Notes under the pieces: generated by a model
What the model was told of the DNA's origin: nothing
Databases searched by the model: none
What the model saw: only the letters and a program-made list of their open reading frames with translations
Program-made: the position numbers and the translations under genes
Shown here: in pieces, positions 17,425-27,094 of the stretch
How the letters are laid out: each line of letters opens with the position of its first letter
Numbering within the stretch: the first letter of the stretch is position 1
From: Acidimicrobiia bacterium
GTDB lineage: Bacteria > Actinomycetota > Acidimicrobiia > Spongiisociales > JAENVV01
Assembly: GCA_041586155.1 (NCBI GenBank)
Contig: JBFHAT010000005.1
Span: 10,520-74,519 of the forward strand
Direction of reading: 5' to 3'
Length of the DNA stretch: 64,000 nucleotides

Positions 17425-19323
17425 ATGGCTCTGCGCAGGTTGAGGCGTTTACTCCGCTCACATTGGGTGATCGTGGCAGCACTCGGCATGGTCGGCCTGG
17501 GAGCAGGGATCTTCTTTGCCGACATGCAGAATCAATCCATCGAACCACTCTACGAGGGAACCGCGCTCGTAAACGTGGGCTCGCCTGCCACGGACCGTGA
17601 CCGTGCCGCCGTCGCCGAGCAGCTGGAAATCGCCGAGGACACCGCCACCCGCGCCAACCGGGACGTCATCGACAACTTCCTCGGTCAGGTCAGTGTCGAC
17701 GAACGCAGCGGCGACCTCCTGTTCGTCTCCCGAGGCGAGACCGAGCGGGAAGCGCTCGTCACCGCCGAGGGAATGCGCCTCGCCTACTTCGAGCAGTTGC
17801 GGGAGGACACCGCCGACGCCAACTCCGGGCGCATCAACGAGATCCTGGCCGAGGGCGCAGCGCTGCTGGCCCGCTTGAACGAGATGGATGCCGAAGCCGC
17901 CGCCCTGGCGGCCGCCGAAGTGGTTCCGATCCGCGAGCTCACCGCCGAAGAACAAGCGGACCTCGACTTCCTCCAGGCGCAGATCGACGGGCTCGTACAG
18001 CGAAGCTTCTCGCTGTCGGCAGACCTCATCCTCGCCGAGGTCGGCGAGAGCCGTTCCGGCACCGTCGAGGAGATCACCGAGCAGCTCGAGCTCATCGCCG
18101 CCAGGCTCGACGAGCTGTACCAGGCCCGTGACCGACTTCTGGGAGATTTGGAACCACCCGACCGCGCGGGACAGGCACCGGCCGCCGCCGAACAGGAGAC
18201 GTCCACGGAGCCGATCCTCACGGAAGGACGAGGAGCTCCCTTTGCGCTCGAGGGGATCGAGCCGCCCCAACTGGAGGGAACATGGACCCGCAGTGCGCTC
18301 GAGGAGCGGCTCACCGAGCTCGAGACCGAATTCGAGACACTCTTCGCCGCTCAGAATGAACCGCCGCCGGCGGCTCCGGACCTGGAACCCGTCGTCGTCG
18401 ACAATCTCACTCCCACCCGTACCGCTCCCCCACTGAGCGGCGCCGTCGGGCTCCTGGGCGGCGCCTTGCTGGCCGCCGGGGCGCTGGCAGCCGAAGACCG
18501 CATCCGACGCCGGGTGTTCGTGGGCCCCGACGCGGCGCCGCTCCGGCTCCTCGCCGAGATGCCCCCGGCCACCGGTCGGCTCATCGAAGGGATGGGTGGC
18601 GCTCCGGCACGTTGGGCGCCCGGACTGCAACAATTACGCAACTCGATTCTCGAAGCGGCCGACGAGCGAATCAACGACCCCATCGTCGGGATCACGCCCG
18701 CTCGGGTCAGCAAGACCGAAGTCGAGGCGCTCGTGAAGGACCTCGGCCAGAGCCTCGCCGCGACCGACCGCACGGTTCTGCTCTTGGATCTCGACTTCAC
18801 GACGTCGATGGAAGACGACACCGACCCCACGACACTCTCGATGGCCCAACTGCTGCGTGACGTTCGGCGTGGCGGCGATGCAGACATCACCCGCCTCAAG
18901 ACGGCACTGGCCGAATCGGTGATCCCTCACGCCTCCTTCTCGATGATTCCGGCGGGCTTCACGACCGAAGATCCGACCGACGTGGTGGCCACCGCAGCGT
19001 TCGCCACGATGATCCAGGCCGCCCGCGAGCAAGCGGACATCGCCGTGATCGTCGCTCCCGACATCACCGACACCTCCGCCCACGCCATGCTCCGCAAGTT
19101 CGACCACGTGGTCGTGCTGATGCGAGCGGGACGCACGCGCTGGCCGGACTTTGGTGCGGCGATCGAACATCACCGCGAGAACCTGCTCGGCGCGGTCCTG
19201 ATGGTGGGCAGAGAACCGCGCGTCCGGCGCTGGATCCCCAGGCTCCGGATCCCCAAGCCACGTCTCCCCAAGATCGCGTTGGGCCGCAAGCCCAAGATGC
19301 GACGGGCCGCCAAAGGCTCCTGA
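17425..19323 (+). CDS. Polysaccharide co-polymerase (Wzz/PCP2-like) with coiled-coil region and degenerate C-terminal P-loop (BY-kinase/MinD-like) domain
   Basis: ATG 17425 preceded by GGGAAGGA. TM1 WVIVAALGMVGLGAGIFFA, a long Ala/Glu/Leu coiled coil, then TM2. The C-terminal domain has VLLLDLDF and IVAPD motifs but no GxxxxGK[ST]. Confidence 0.6.
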   Translation: MALRRLRRLLRSHWVIVAALGMVGLGAGIFFADMQNQSIEPLYEGTALVNVGSPATDRDRAAVAEQLEIAEDTATRANRDVIDNFLGQVSVDERSGDLLFVSRGETEREALVTAEGMRLAYFEQLREDTADANSGRINEILAEGAALLARLNEMDAEAAALAAAEVVPIRELTAEEQADLDFLQAQIDGLVQRSFSLSADLILAEVGESRSGTVEEITEQLELIAARLDELYQARDRLLGDLEPPDRAGQAPAAAEQETSTEPILTEGRGAPFALEGIEPPQLEGTWTRSALEERLTELETEFETLFAAQNEPPPAAPDLEPVVVDNLTPTRTAPPLSGAVGLLGGALLAAGALAAEDRIRRRVFVGPDAAPLRLLAEMPPATGRLIEGMGGAPARWAPGLQQLRNSILEAADERINDPIVGITPARVSKTEVEALVKDLGQSLAATDRTVLLLDLDFTTSMEDDTDPTTLSMAQLLRDVRRGGDADITRLKTALAESVIPHASFSMIPAGFTTEDPTDVVATAAFATMIQAAREQADIAVIVAPDITDTSAHAMLRKFDHVVVLMRAGRTRWPDFGAAIEHHRENLLGAVLMVGREPRVRRWIPRLRIPKPRLPKIALGRKPKMRRAAKGS

Positions 19324-19376
19324 TCCACCCGCGCGGCCCCCGCTAGCGTGGATGGGCGTCCCGCTTCGGAGCCGTC

Positions 19377-20516
19377 ATGAGCCCAACCGAGCCGATTCTC
19401 CTGTCCCCCCCGGACGTGTCGATCGCCGACCGTGAAGCGCTCGGCCGCGCTTTCGACGGAGGCTGGATCGCCCCTTTGGGCCCCGAGGTAGACGAGTTCG
19501 AGCGAGAATTGGCGGCGTTCGTCGGAATGCCTCACGCCGCAGCACTCAGCAGCGGAACGGCGGCGCTCCACCTCGCGTTGCTCGTCGGTGGTGTCGAAGC
19601 CGGCGATCGCGTTTTTGTCTCCGATCTCACATTTGCCGCCACCGCCAACGCCGTCCGGTACGTGTCCGCCGAGCCGGTGTTCATCGACAGCGACCGCACC
19701 ACCTGGAACATGGATCCCGATCTCCTCGAAAGCGCGCTCGAGAGCGCAGCAGCAGAAGGAGAACTCCCGGCGGCGGTGATCGCCGTCGACCTCTACGGCC
19801 AGTGCGCCGACTACCGGCGAATCGAGCAGATCTGCCGTCAATTCGACGTTCTCCTCATCGAGGACGCCGCCGAGGCGTTGGGAGCCGACCTCGACGGCGG
19901 CCGGGCCGGCAGCTTCGGCGATCTGTCGGTGCTCTCGTTCAACGGCAACAAGATCATCACGACCAGCGGTGGTGGAGCCCTGCTCGCCCGAAATGAAGAC
20001 TGGATCAGACGCGCCACCTTCCTCGCCACCCAGGCGCGGGATGCCGCCCCCCATTACGAGCACTCCACGCTCGGATACAACTACCGACTCAGCAATCTCC
20101 TCGCCGCGCTAGGTCGTTCACAGCTGGCCGACCTCGAGCGCCGGGTAGAGGCGCGACGGAGCCACAACCATGCCTACCGGGCTGCGCTGGCCGACATCCC
20201 CGGCGTCGAGTTCATGCCTGAGTTGGATGGTGGCCGATCCACGTTCTGGCTGACCACCCTGACGTTCGACGCCGCGCAGAGTGGCGTCGACCGCGAGACG
20301 GTGCGACGGCATCTCGTCGACCGGGGGATCGAGGCGCGTCCGGTGTGGAAACCGATGCACCTCCAACCTCTCTACGCGGAGTGCGCCACCATCGGCGGCG
20401 CTGTCAGCGCTGACCTGTTCGAACGAGGGCTGTGTCTGCCAAGCGGGTCGACGATGGGTGACGCCGACCGCGAGCGAGTGATCTCGGGTGTCCGAGAGGC
20501 GCACGAGCTGCACTGA
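19377..20516 (+). CDS. DegT/DnrJ/EryC1/StrS-family PLP-dependent sugar aminotransferase
   Basis: 379 aa. Family-typical N-terminus. Lys-containing region SFNGNKIITTSGGGALL. Confidence 0.85.
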   Translation: MSPTEPILLSPPDVSIADREALGRAFDGGWIAPLGPEVDEFERELAAFVGMPHAAALSSGTAALHLALLVGGVEAGDRVFVSDLTFAATANAVRYVSAEPVFIDSDRTTWNMDPDLLESALESAAAEGELPAAVIAVDLYGQCADYRRIEQICRQFDVLLIEDAAEALGADLDGGRAGSFGDLSVLSFNGNKIITTSGGGALLARNEDWIRRATFLATQARDAAPHYEHSTLGYNYRLSNLLAALGRSQLADLERRVEARRSHNHAYRAALADIPGVEFMPELDGGRSTFWLTTLTFDAAQSGVDRETVRRHLVDRGIEARPVWKPMHLQPLYAECATIGGAVSADLFERGLCLPSGSTMGDADRERVISGVREAHELH

Positions 20517-20581
20517 CCAAGCGCGTTGCAAAATGACGCTCGATCGACAATCCTGGAGGCCGCGCCGGTCGGGAGTGGCGC

Positions 20582-21652
20582 ATGAGGGGGGACATCGTCG
20601 TGTTGAGGAACACCGAATCGGCCACCGCCGAATCACCGCAGGCTGCGAGCCCGGAACCGTTCGCCTGGCGGAGGATCGCATACCCGATCGCTCTCGCCGT
20701 CGTGTACCTGACTTGGTTGACGTACATGGCGACGAGCGACCGATGGGGTCTCTTCGCAGAGCATTGGCCCGTGTCGCTCACGATGAGCCTCGGGTCGTTC
20801 GTGGCGGGGGCGACCGCCGAGGGTGGAGCTGCGGTGGCGTTCCCGGTCTTCACCAAGGTGCTGCACATCGAGCCGACGACGGCGCGGACGTTTGGCCTCC
20901 TCATCCAATCGGTGGGGATGACCATGGCCGCCCTCGTCATCGTCGTCCGGCGAGTGACCATCCTGCCCCGGGTGATCTTGTGGGTCTCACTTGGAGGGGT
21001 GGCCGGTCAGGTGATCGGCACCTTCTGGGTGGGCCTCGCCAGCCCCTACTCGAAGATCCTGTTCACGTTCGTCGCCACCGTCTTTGGTGTGGCGCTGGCC
21101 GTCTCACGGTGGGCCTTGAAATGGAACCCGCTGCGGTCGATGCCCGGCTGGGGCAAGGCACATCGGACGACCTTCGTGGCCCTGGGGGTCGCAGGCGGCA
21201 TCGTGGCAGCCAACACGGGATCGGGCATCGACATGGTGACGTTCATCGTCCTCACCCTTGCGATTGGAATCGACGAGAAGGTCAGCACTCCGACCACCGT
21301 GGTGATCATGGCAATCAACTCCGTCGTGGGCACCATGCTCCACGCCTTCGTGGTCCGGGACGTCGGCATCGCTTTCGAATATTGGCTCGTCGCAGTCCCG
21401 ATCGTCGTCATCGGCGCTCCCTTCGGCGCCTACTTCGCCTCCAAGGCCACCAGAGACCAGATCATCTGGCTGCTGCTCACGCTGATCACCATCGAGCTCA
21501 TCTCGACGCTGTGGCTCGTTCCGTTCTCACGTACCGCCATCATCGTGACGTCGATCGCCGTCGTCGTCTGCGCCGTCGGGTTCTGGGCGATGCTCCACCA
21601 TCGCCACCGACGACTCAGTCCTCGCCTCGTCCCCCGACCCAGCGAGACCTGA
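20582..21652 (+). CDS. TSUP-family (TauE/SafE-like) membrane permease
   Basis: Two internal repeats each with a glycine-rich motif (FVAGATAEGGAAVAFPVF and VAANTGSGIDMVTF). ~8 TM segments. Confidence 0.55.
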   Translation: MRGDIVVLRNTESATAESPQAASPEPFAWRRIAYPIALAVVYLTWLTYMATSDRWGLFAEHWPVSLTMSLGSFVAGATAEGGAAVAFPVFTKVLHIEPTTARTFGLLIQSVGMTMAALVIVVRRVTILPRVILWVSLGGVAGQVIGTFWVGLASPYSKILFTFVATVFGVALAVSRWALKWNPLRSMPGWGKAHRTTFVALGVAGGIVAANTGSGIDMVTFIVLTLAIGIDEKVSTPTTVVIMAINSVVGTMLHAFVVRDVGIAFEYWLVAVPIVVIGAPFGAYFASKATRDQIIWLLLTLITIELISTLWLVPFSRTAIIVTSIAVVVCAVGFWAMLHHRHRRLSPRLVPRPSET

Positions 21653-22384
21653 TCGAGGCCTCAGCCCCGCGACGCGCTCGGTCCACCATTCGGCGAGAGC
21701 GGCAACGGCGGTGATTCCGACGCCCACCGTCAGCGCTCGGGTCGCCGAGGGCGCCAACCCGGCGATGCGCGACCATCCCACGACGATCACGACGTGCCAA
21801 CCCACCACCAGCCACGCCGGACGTATCGGTCGTAGGCCCATCAGCGCCAGCGCAGCCAGCGAGCCGAGGCCCCCCACGAGACCGCTCGGTCGCACCGCTC
21901 CGTCGAGCAGCACGGTGGCGGCGGCCAGCGACGTCGCCGCCAGCGCTCCCACCCAGGCAACGCTCGTCCGTGGCCGCAGCCACATGAGGGCCATCATTGG
22001 GATCGATGCGCCCAGCAGCACTGCCGACAGCTCGGTGTCCGGCGTGGTCGCCCAGACCCCTCCCAAGCTGACGAGCCAGGTCACAGACGGGTGCCAGCGG
22101 GTCCGTGCCTGCCGCAATCCCCATGCAGCTGCCAGCGCCGCGATCGCCGCCGCGAGCAACCATTGCGGACCCAACGCCCATGCCCGTTCGACTGCGGCCG
22201 GCCGCACTGCGGCGACGAAGCCCGTCGCGATCCCTCCCGCGAGCGCCATGAACAGAAGACCGTCGATGAACCGGCGCCACCTGGCCGGCATGACCGTGCC
22301 CACGGCCGCGGCAATCAGGCCTGCGCCGAGCCCTGCCCGGAACTCCGCGGTTCGTAGGAGCTCCACCAACACCAACGGATCCAA
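21527..22384 (-). CDS. Hypothetical polytopic membrane protein
   Basis: Multiple hydrophobic segments. Lies 18 bp downstream of UPF0182. Its 3' end overlaps the convergent TSUP gene by ~125 bp, so the boundaries are uncertain. Confidence 0.35.
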   Translation of the reverse strand: MDPLVLVELLRTAEFRAGLGAGLIAAAVGTVMPARWRRFIDGLLFMALAGGIATGFVAAVRPAAVERAWALGPQWLLAAAIAALAAAWGLRQARTRWHPSVTWLVSLGGVWATTPDTELSAVLLGASIPMMALMWLRPRTSVAWVGALAATSLAAATVLLDGAVRPSGLVGGLGSLAALALMGLRPIRPAWLVVGWHVVIVVGWSRIAGLAPSATRALTVGVGITAVAALAEWWTERVAGLRPRSGLAGSGDEARTESSVAMVEHRPEPDGADDDGDRRHDDGGT

Positions 22385-22401
22385 CCGTCCCTCCGGGATG
22401 C

Positions 22402-25263
22402 TCAGGCGTCGGCCAGCAACTCGCGCGCCCGCTCGATGAGCGTGCCCGCTTCTTCGACCTTGGCCTGGTATGTACCGAGATCGCCCTCGGCCAGCGCCGC
22501 ATTGGCCTCTTCGAACGCATCCGAAGCAGCCTGCAAGAGCTGAACGACGTCATCGGGCACGATCGGCGCCGGTCCATCGCCACCACTCGGCACGTCCAGC
22601 GTGCCTGCGAACTCGGGGACCACCACCGACAGAGCCTCATCGAGCGACTCCCCGAATCCGATCCGGTCCGAATACGCCACCACCACCCGCTTGAACTCAG
22701 GAATCTGCCCGGCGTCGCCTTGGAGGTACACCGGCTGCACATAGAGGATCGAATCTTCGATGGGCACCACCAGCATCTGACCTTGGATGAAGGTCGAACC
22801 CTCCTGGCCCTCGAGCGTGCGCAACGCCGAGAATTCGGAGTCCTGATTGATGTCCTGGCCGATCAGGGCGGGTCCGTCGAACTGCCGATCGCGAGGCAGC
22901 GTGTACACGATCATCTCGCCGTAGGAGCCAGGATCACTCTTCGCAACCAGGAACGCGATCATGTTCGCCTTCGCCTCAGGCGTGAAAGGCTGCATGATCA
23001 GAAACGACAGGTCGGACTCGCCCGGAAGCCGGATCAACAGGTAGTAGGGCTCCATCCGGCGAATCTCACTGCGGTTCTGGTCGAACAGCGGACGGCGGAT
23101 GGGATCTTGGGGTGACGTCGCCGGGTCGAGCGCGATGTCCCAGCGGTCCGAGTCGGTGAAGAAGTCGCGGGCTCCGACGACGTGATAGCGCCGGTACATG
23201 TCGGCCTGCACACGGAACATGTCCTCGGGATACCGGAAGTGCTCGTCCAGCCCCTCCGGCATCTGCGAGGCATCGGTGAACAAGGACGGGAAGGCGTTGC
23301 GGTAAGAAGCCAGCACAGGGTCATCCGGATCGATGACGTAGTAGGTGATCTCACCGGTGTACGCGTCGACGGTCGCCTTCACGGAGTTGCGCAGATAGTT
23401 GAACCGGTTCGGAAGGTAGGGCTCGGTTCCCAGCGCCCCGGGCTGTGGGTCACGCAGCCGAGCCGTGTCGGCCGGCTGCGAGTAAGGGAACCACTCACTC
23501 GTCGTGTACAGATCGACGATCCACACCAGCCGGCCGTCGAGGACCACCATGTAGGGATCCGAGTCGACGTTGAGGAATGGGGCGGCGTTGGCGACCCGGT
23601 CGACGACATTGCGGCGCATCAGCACCCGGCTGTCCGAACGCAGCTGCTGGCTGATGATGATGTTGAAGTCGGAGTACCTGATGGCGAACGCAACCCGCCT
23701 CAACAGCCCGCCCACCTCGACGCCGCCCGAGCCGTCGTAGGTGTTGAACTCGATCGCGTCGTCGCCTTCACCGACGGGCCGGTCCACCTCTTTCTCGTCG
23801 GTGCCGGCGATGACGATCGAACTGGCCGGCAGCGCCTCTCCGAAGTAGATGCGTGGCTGCTCGATCTCCAGCGTGGGATCGGTCGCCTGGGGTGGAATGT
23901 CCCGGACCAGGTAGTCGGGCTTGCCCTCATCGGTCACCTCGTTGGCTTGACTGACCACCGCACCGAAACCGTGCGTGAAAACGAGATGGCTGTTGATCCA
24001 GTCGTCGCTCGTCTCGCTCCGCACCAGCTCGCGTGGTGACAGCAGCACCTGTGTGAGCGCTCCATCGATCTCGTACCTGTCGACGTCGACGTCTTCGAAC
24101 TCGTAGAACGGGCGCAGCTCCTGGCTGCTCTTGTACGTCGATCGCAACACGGCCGGATCCCACAACCGGAGATTGTCGAGGGTGCCGGTGCTGTCGCTGA
24201 GATCCTCGGCCGACAGGCTCTGGCGGGCGGTGAACGGTTTGATCTCGACGTCGTCGATGCCGTAAGCGAGCCGGGTGAGCTCGATGTTGTGCTCGACGAA
24301 AGGGATCTCCTTGTTGATCTCGTCCGGTACCACGCGCAGCTGCTGCACGGCGGCGGGCACCACGCCGCCGCCGATGATCGAGACGAGCAGCCACGCTCCG
24401 ACGGCAATCCCGGGGAGCATCCAGCCGCTCATCCTGATGTTCGCCAAGAGGACCGCTGCGACCGCCACCGACACGAACACGAGCAGCGTCAACGCCGGAC
24501 GTTGTGCATTGACATCGGTGTAGGAGGCCCCGGCAACGCCCCCGCGCACCGAGAACAGGAGTTCATAGGTGTCAAGCCGGTAGCTGGCGGCCTTGATGAG
24601 GAACAGGCCGGCCAGCAGCGCGGAGAGTTGCACCCGTGCCCCACGGGAGATCTGCGGCGCCCGATTGGCGAGCAGTCGAATGCTGCCGTTCATGAAGTGG
24701 AGGAACGCCACGACCACGGCGGTCAGAGCGACGAGTTGGAAGGAGTACGTCGCCAGGGCTCGCAGAAACGGCAGCCGGAACAGATAGAAGCCGAGATCGA
24801 TCCCGAAGATGGGATCAGCCTGACCGAAGCTCTGCGGATTCTGGAACAGCACGAAATCGGTGGTCCATGCTCCCGCTCCCAGCCCGGTCATCAAGGCCAG
24901 GAAGCCGGCGACGATGAGACGAACCCTGATGCGCCGGCTGGCCACCCAGTCTTGGAACCGCTCGACGACTTCCTCGCTCTCGTCGACGGGAAAGATGGGC
25001 GTCGCAGTTCGGTCGATCACGACCATGTTGAGATAGACGAAGCCGAACCCGAGCGCGATGGCACTGACGATCAGCCCCACCCGCAAGACGAGGAGTTCGC
25101 TCCACACCGCGGCGAAGTCCACGGAGCGGAACCAAAGCAGCTCGGTCCAGAGCGTCGAGAGAACCTGCAGCGCCAGGTAGAAGAGGATCAGGCCGATGAC
25201 CAGTCGGACCCAACGCCTCCGCGACGGGCCTTGGGCGGTGCGGGCGGGCTCACTCTGCAGCAT
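22402..25263 (-). CDS. UPF0182 family large membrane protein
   Basis: 953 aa. N-terminal multi-TM region then a large extracytoplasmic domain. Conserved actinobacterial UPF0182 architecture, adjacent to a PDZ/Lon-like protease as in mycobacteria. Confidence 0.8.
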   Translation of the reverse strand: MLQSEPARTAQGPSRRRWVRLVIGLILFYLALQVLSTLWTELLWFRSVDFAAVWSELLVLRVGLIVSAIALGFGFVYLNMVVIDRTATPIFPVDESEEVVERFQDWVASRRIRVRLIVAGFLALMTGLGAGAWTTDFVLFQNPQSFGQADPIFGIDLGFYLFRLPFLRALATYSFQLVALTAVVVAFLHFMNGSIRLLANRAPQISRGARVQLSALLAGLFLIKAASYRLDTYELLFSVRGGVAGASYTDVNAQRPALTLLVFVSVAVAAVLLANIRMSGWMLPGIAVGAWLLVSIIGGGVVPAAVQQLRVVPDEINKEIPFVEHNIELTRLAYGIDDVEIKPFTARQSLSAEDLSDSTGTLDNLRLWDPAVLRSTYKSSQELRPFYEFEDVDVDRYEIDGALTQVLLSPRELVRSETSDDWINSHLVFTHGFGAVVSQANEVTDEGKPDYLVRDIPPQATDPTLEIEQPRIYFGEALPASSIVIAGTDEKEVDRPVGEGDDAIEFNTYDGSGGVEVGGLLRRVAFAIRYSDFNIIISQQLRSDSRVLMRRNVVDRVANAAPFLNVDSDPYMVVLDGRLVWIVDLYTTSEWFPYSQPADTARLRDPQPGALGTEPYLPNRFNYLRNSVKATVDAYTGEITYYVIDPDDPVLASYRNAFPSLFTDASQMPEGLDEHFRYPEDMFRVQADMYRRYHVVGARDFFTDSDRWDIALDPATSPQDPIRRPLFDQNRSEIRRMEPYYLLIRLPGESDLSFLIMQPFTPEAKANMIAFLVAKSDPGSYGEMIVYTLPRDRQFDGPALIGQDINQDSEFSALRTLEGQEGSTFIQGQMLVVPIEDSILYVQPVYLQGDAGQIPEFKRVVVAYSDRIGFGESLDEALSVVVPEFAGTLDVPSGGDGPAPIVPDDVVQLLQAASDAFEEANAALAEGDLGTYQAKVEEAGTLIERARELLADA

Positions 25264-25305
25264 GGCGGCCCATTCTATGGATACGGCGTGGGTAGACCGG
25301 CTGGC

Positions 25306-27006
25306 TCAGCGGCTCACGACGATGGTGCAGCTGCAATCACCGTGAAGTGGGGGCATCGGCAGGTTCTTGCGCAAGTGGGCGGCGACGTCCATCGGGCCGG
25401 CATTGCCTTGGGCGTTGCACTCGTCACATGAGACCGACCCCACCAGCCAGCCCATTCGAGCCATTCCGAGCGCGTACAGTCCCCGAGCGACGCCCCGGTG
25501 GTAGGCCAAACGTGCATATTCTCGAATGCGACGCTCGGCTTCGTCGGTCCGCCACCGCCGGAAGGTGCGTGACACCGCCGCACCCGCGGCACGTGCTCCG
25601 CTCGCCTCCTTCGCCCCGGCGGTGAGGTCCGCCTCGATGGCCGAAGTGAAGGCGCCGGTCTGTTCGTTGACGTCTTCCGCTTCGGGCTTGGGCCGCCCCA
25701 ACGACTCACCTGTCATCGCCTCAGCGGCCGAGTAGCCGGCGGCGAACGACTCCTGGGCGAGGATCACGAAGTCGCCGTGCAGCGACTTGTCGATTTCTTC
25801 GACCTCGGGCTTCCATGGGCCCTTGCCGTTGTTGATCTCCTCGAGCGCCGTGTTCTGCCAGTCCGTCAGTTGACGTTTCACCGATCTCAGGATCCGGTTG
25901 GTGATGGGGAGCAACAGTTGATCACGGAGCGAGAACGGGTCCACCACACCTTGCTCGAGGGTCACCAGCGGGGCGGGAGCGCTTCCGCCTTCTGCCCGCA
26001 GCGAGTCGAACAAGCCGGCCAGCACGTCCACTTCGGGTTCGGGGCCAGCGGCCGGTTCCTCTTCCTTGAGACGTCGCACCTCGTCTGCCATGGCTGACGC
26101 ATCGACCGGGTCTACCCGGGTCGGTTTGGCCGCCGGGATGATCCGAATCGTCTCGTCCGCCCAAGTGACGCCCCGTCCGCCGCCCGCGGCCGCAGCCTCG
26201 GTGTCGCCGGCTTTGGGCTGCTCACTTTCCTCGGCTTCTGGCTGAGCTTCCGGTTCCTCGACCGTCTCGACGACTCGCGGAACAGCCGACAGCGCCTGTC
26301 GCTTCTCCTCCAGATCAGATTCGAGGCGCGCCACGGTGGCCCGCACGGACTCGAGCTCGGCCAGAAGGTCGTTTCGGCGCACCTCGAGGGCCCGAGCCCG
26401 CTCCTGAGCCTGGTCGGCCGACTTCTGAGCGGCCTCCACGATCTCGTCACGCTCGGCGCGGGCCTCGACGAGGATCCGCTCAGCTTCGACCTTGGCGAGC
26501 CTCACCTGCTCGTCTGCTTCGCGGCGGGCATTCGACGTCATCCGATGAGCGTCACGTTCGGCTTGCCCCGTCATGGCGAGCGCCTCCCGCTCGGCCTCCT
26601 TGAGGATCTGCTCGGCCGTGGCCTGGGCACCTGCAATGAGCTGCGAGGACGCCGTCCAAGCATCGCCGCGCAGCGCCTCGGAGTCCTCTGCAGCGGAGCG
26701 CCGTGCGTAGTCGACTTCGGCCTTGGCCTCGGCTCGCCACAACGCCACTTCGTCGGTCGCACGCTTGCGGAGGTTCTCGGCTGCTTCCTGAGCGGCGTTG
26801 AGGATCTGGGAAACCTCGAATCCCAGCGCGTCGAAATCGTGCTTCTTCTCGCCGAGCTGCTCGAGCCGCGACGCCAGCCGCTCACGCTCCTCCCGAGTCC
26901 GCTGCAGCGCGACTTCGAGCTCTGCGAGGTGACGGTCGACTTCTGCCTGCTCGTAGCCCCGGAAACCGATCTTGAACGGCCGCTCCTGCGGCGAAGGCTC
27001 GGACAT
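25306..27006 (-). CDS. DivIVA-domain coiled-coil protein with long C-terminal extension
   Basis: Start at MSEPSPQERPFKIGFRGYEQAEVD (DivIVA N-terminal motif). Extensive coiled coil. C-terminus has CDEC...CSC. Confidence 0.65.
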   Translation of the reverse strand: MSEPSPQERPFKIGFRGYEQAEVDRHLAELEVALQRTREERERLASRLEQLGEKKHDFDALGFEVSQILNAAQEAAENLRKRATDEVALWRAEAKAEVDYARRSAAEDSEALRGDAWTASSQLIAGAQATAEQILKEAEREALAMTGQAERDAHRMTSNARREADEQVRLAKVEAERILVEARAERDEIVEAAQKSADQAQERARALEVRRNDLLAELESVRATVARLESDLEEKRQALSAVPRVVETVEEPEAQPEAEESEQPKAGDTEAAAAGGGRGVTWADETIRIIPAAKPTRVDPVDASAMADEVRRLKEEEPAAGPEPEVDVLAGLFDSLRAEGGSAPAPLVTLEQGVVDPFSLRDQLLLPITNRILRSVKRQLTDWQNTALEEINNGKGPWKPEVEEIDKSLHGDFVILAQESFAAGYSAAEAMTGESLGRPKPEAEDVNEQTGAFTSAIEADLTAGAKEASGARAAGAAVSRTFRRWRTDEAERRIREYARLAYHRGVARGLYALGMARMGWLVGSVSCDECNAQGNAGPMDVAAHLRKNLPMPPLHGDCSCTIVVSR

Positions 27007-27094
27007 TGGCTGAAACGATACCGAACGGTTCCGCGGATGCGAAGAATCCGCCTGGCGAACGGCTGGTCCGCCCACCCTTCCGAGCCAGGGCGGC

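Noticed and set aside
21527-22384. Polytopic membrane protein considered as a possible exosortase or archaeosortase that would complete the PEP-CTERM-like cassette
   Set aside because: It has no Cys at all and no recognisable Arg/His active-site pattern, whereas exosortases have an invariant catalytic Cys. It is therefore called only a hypothetical membrane protein.
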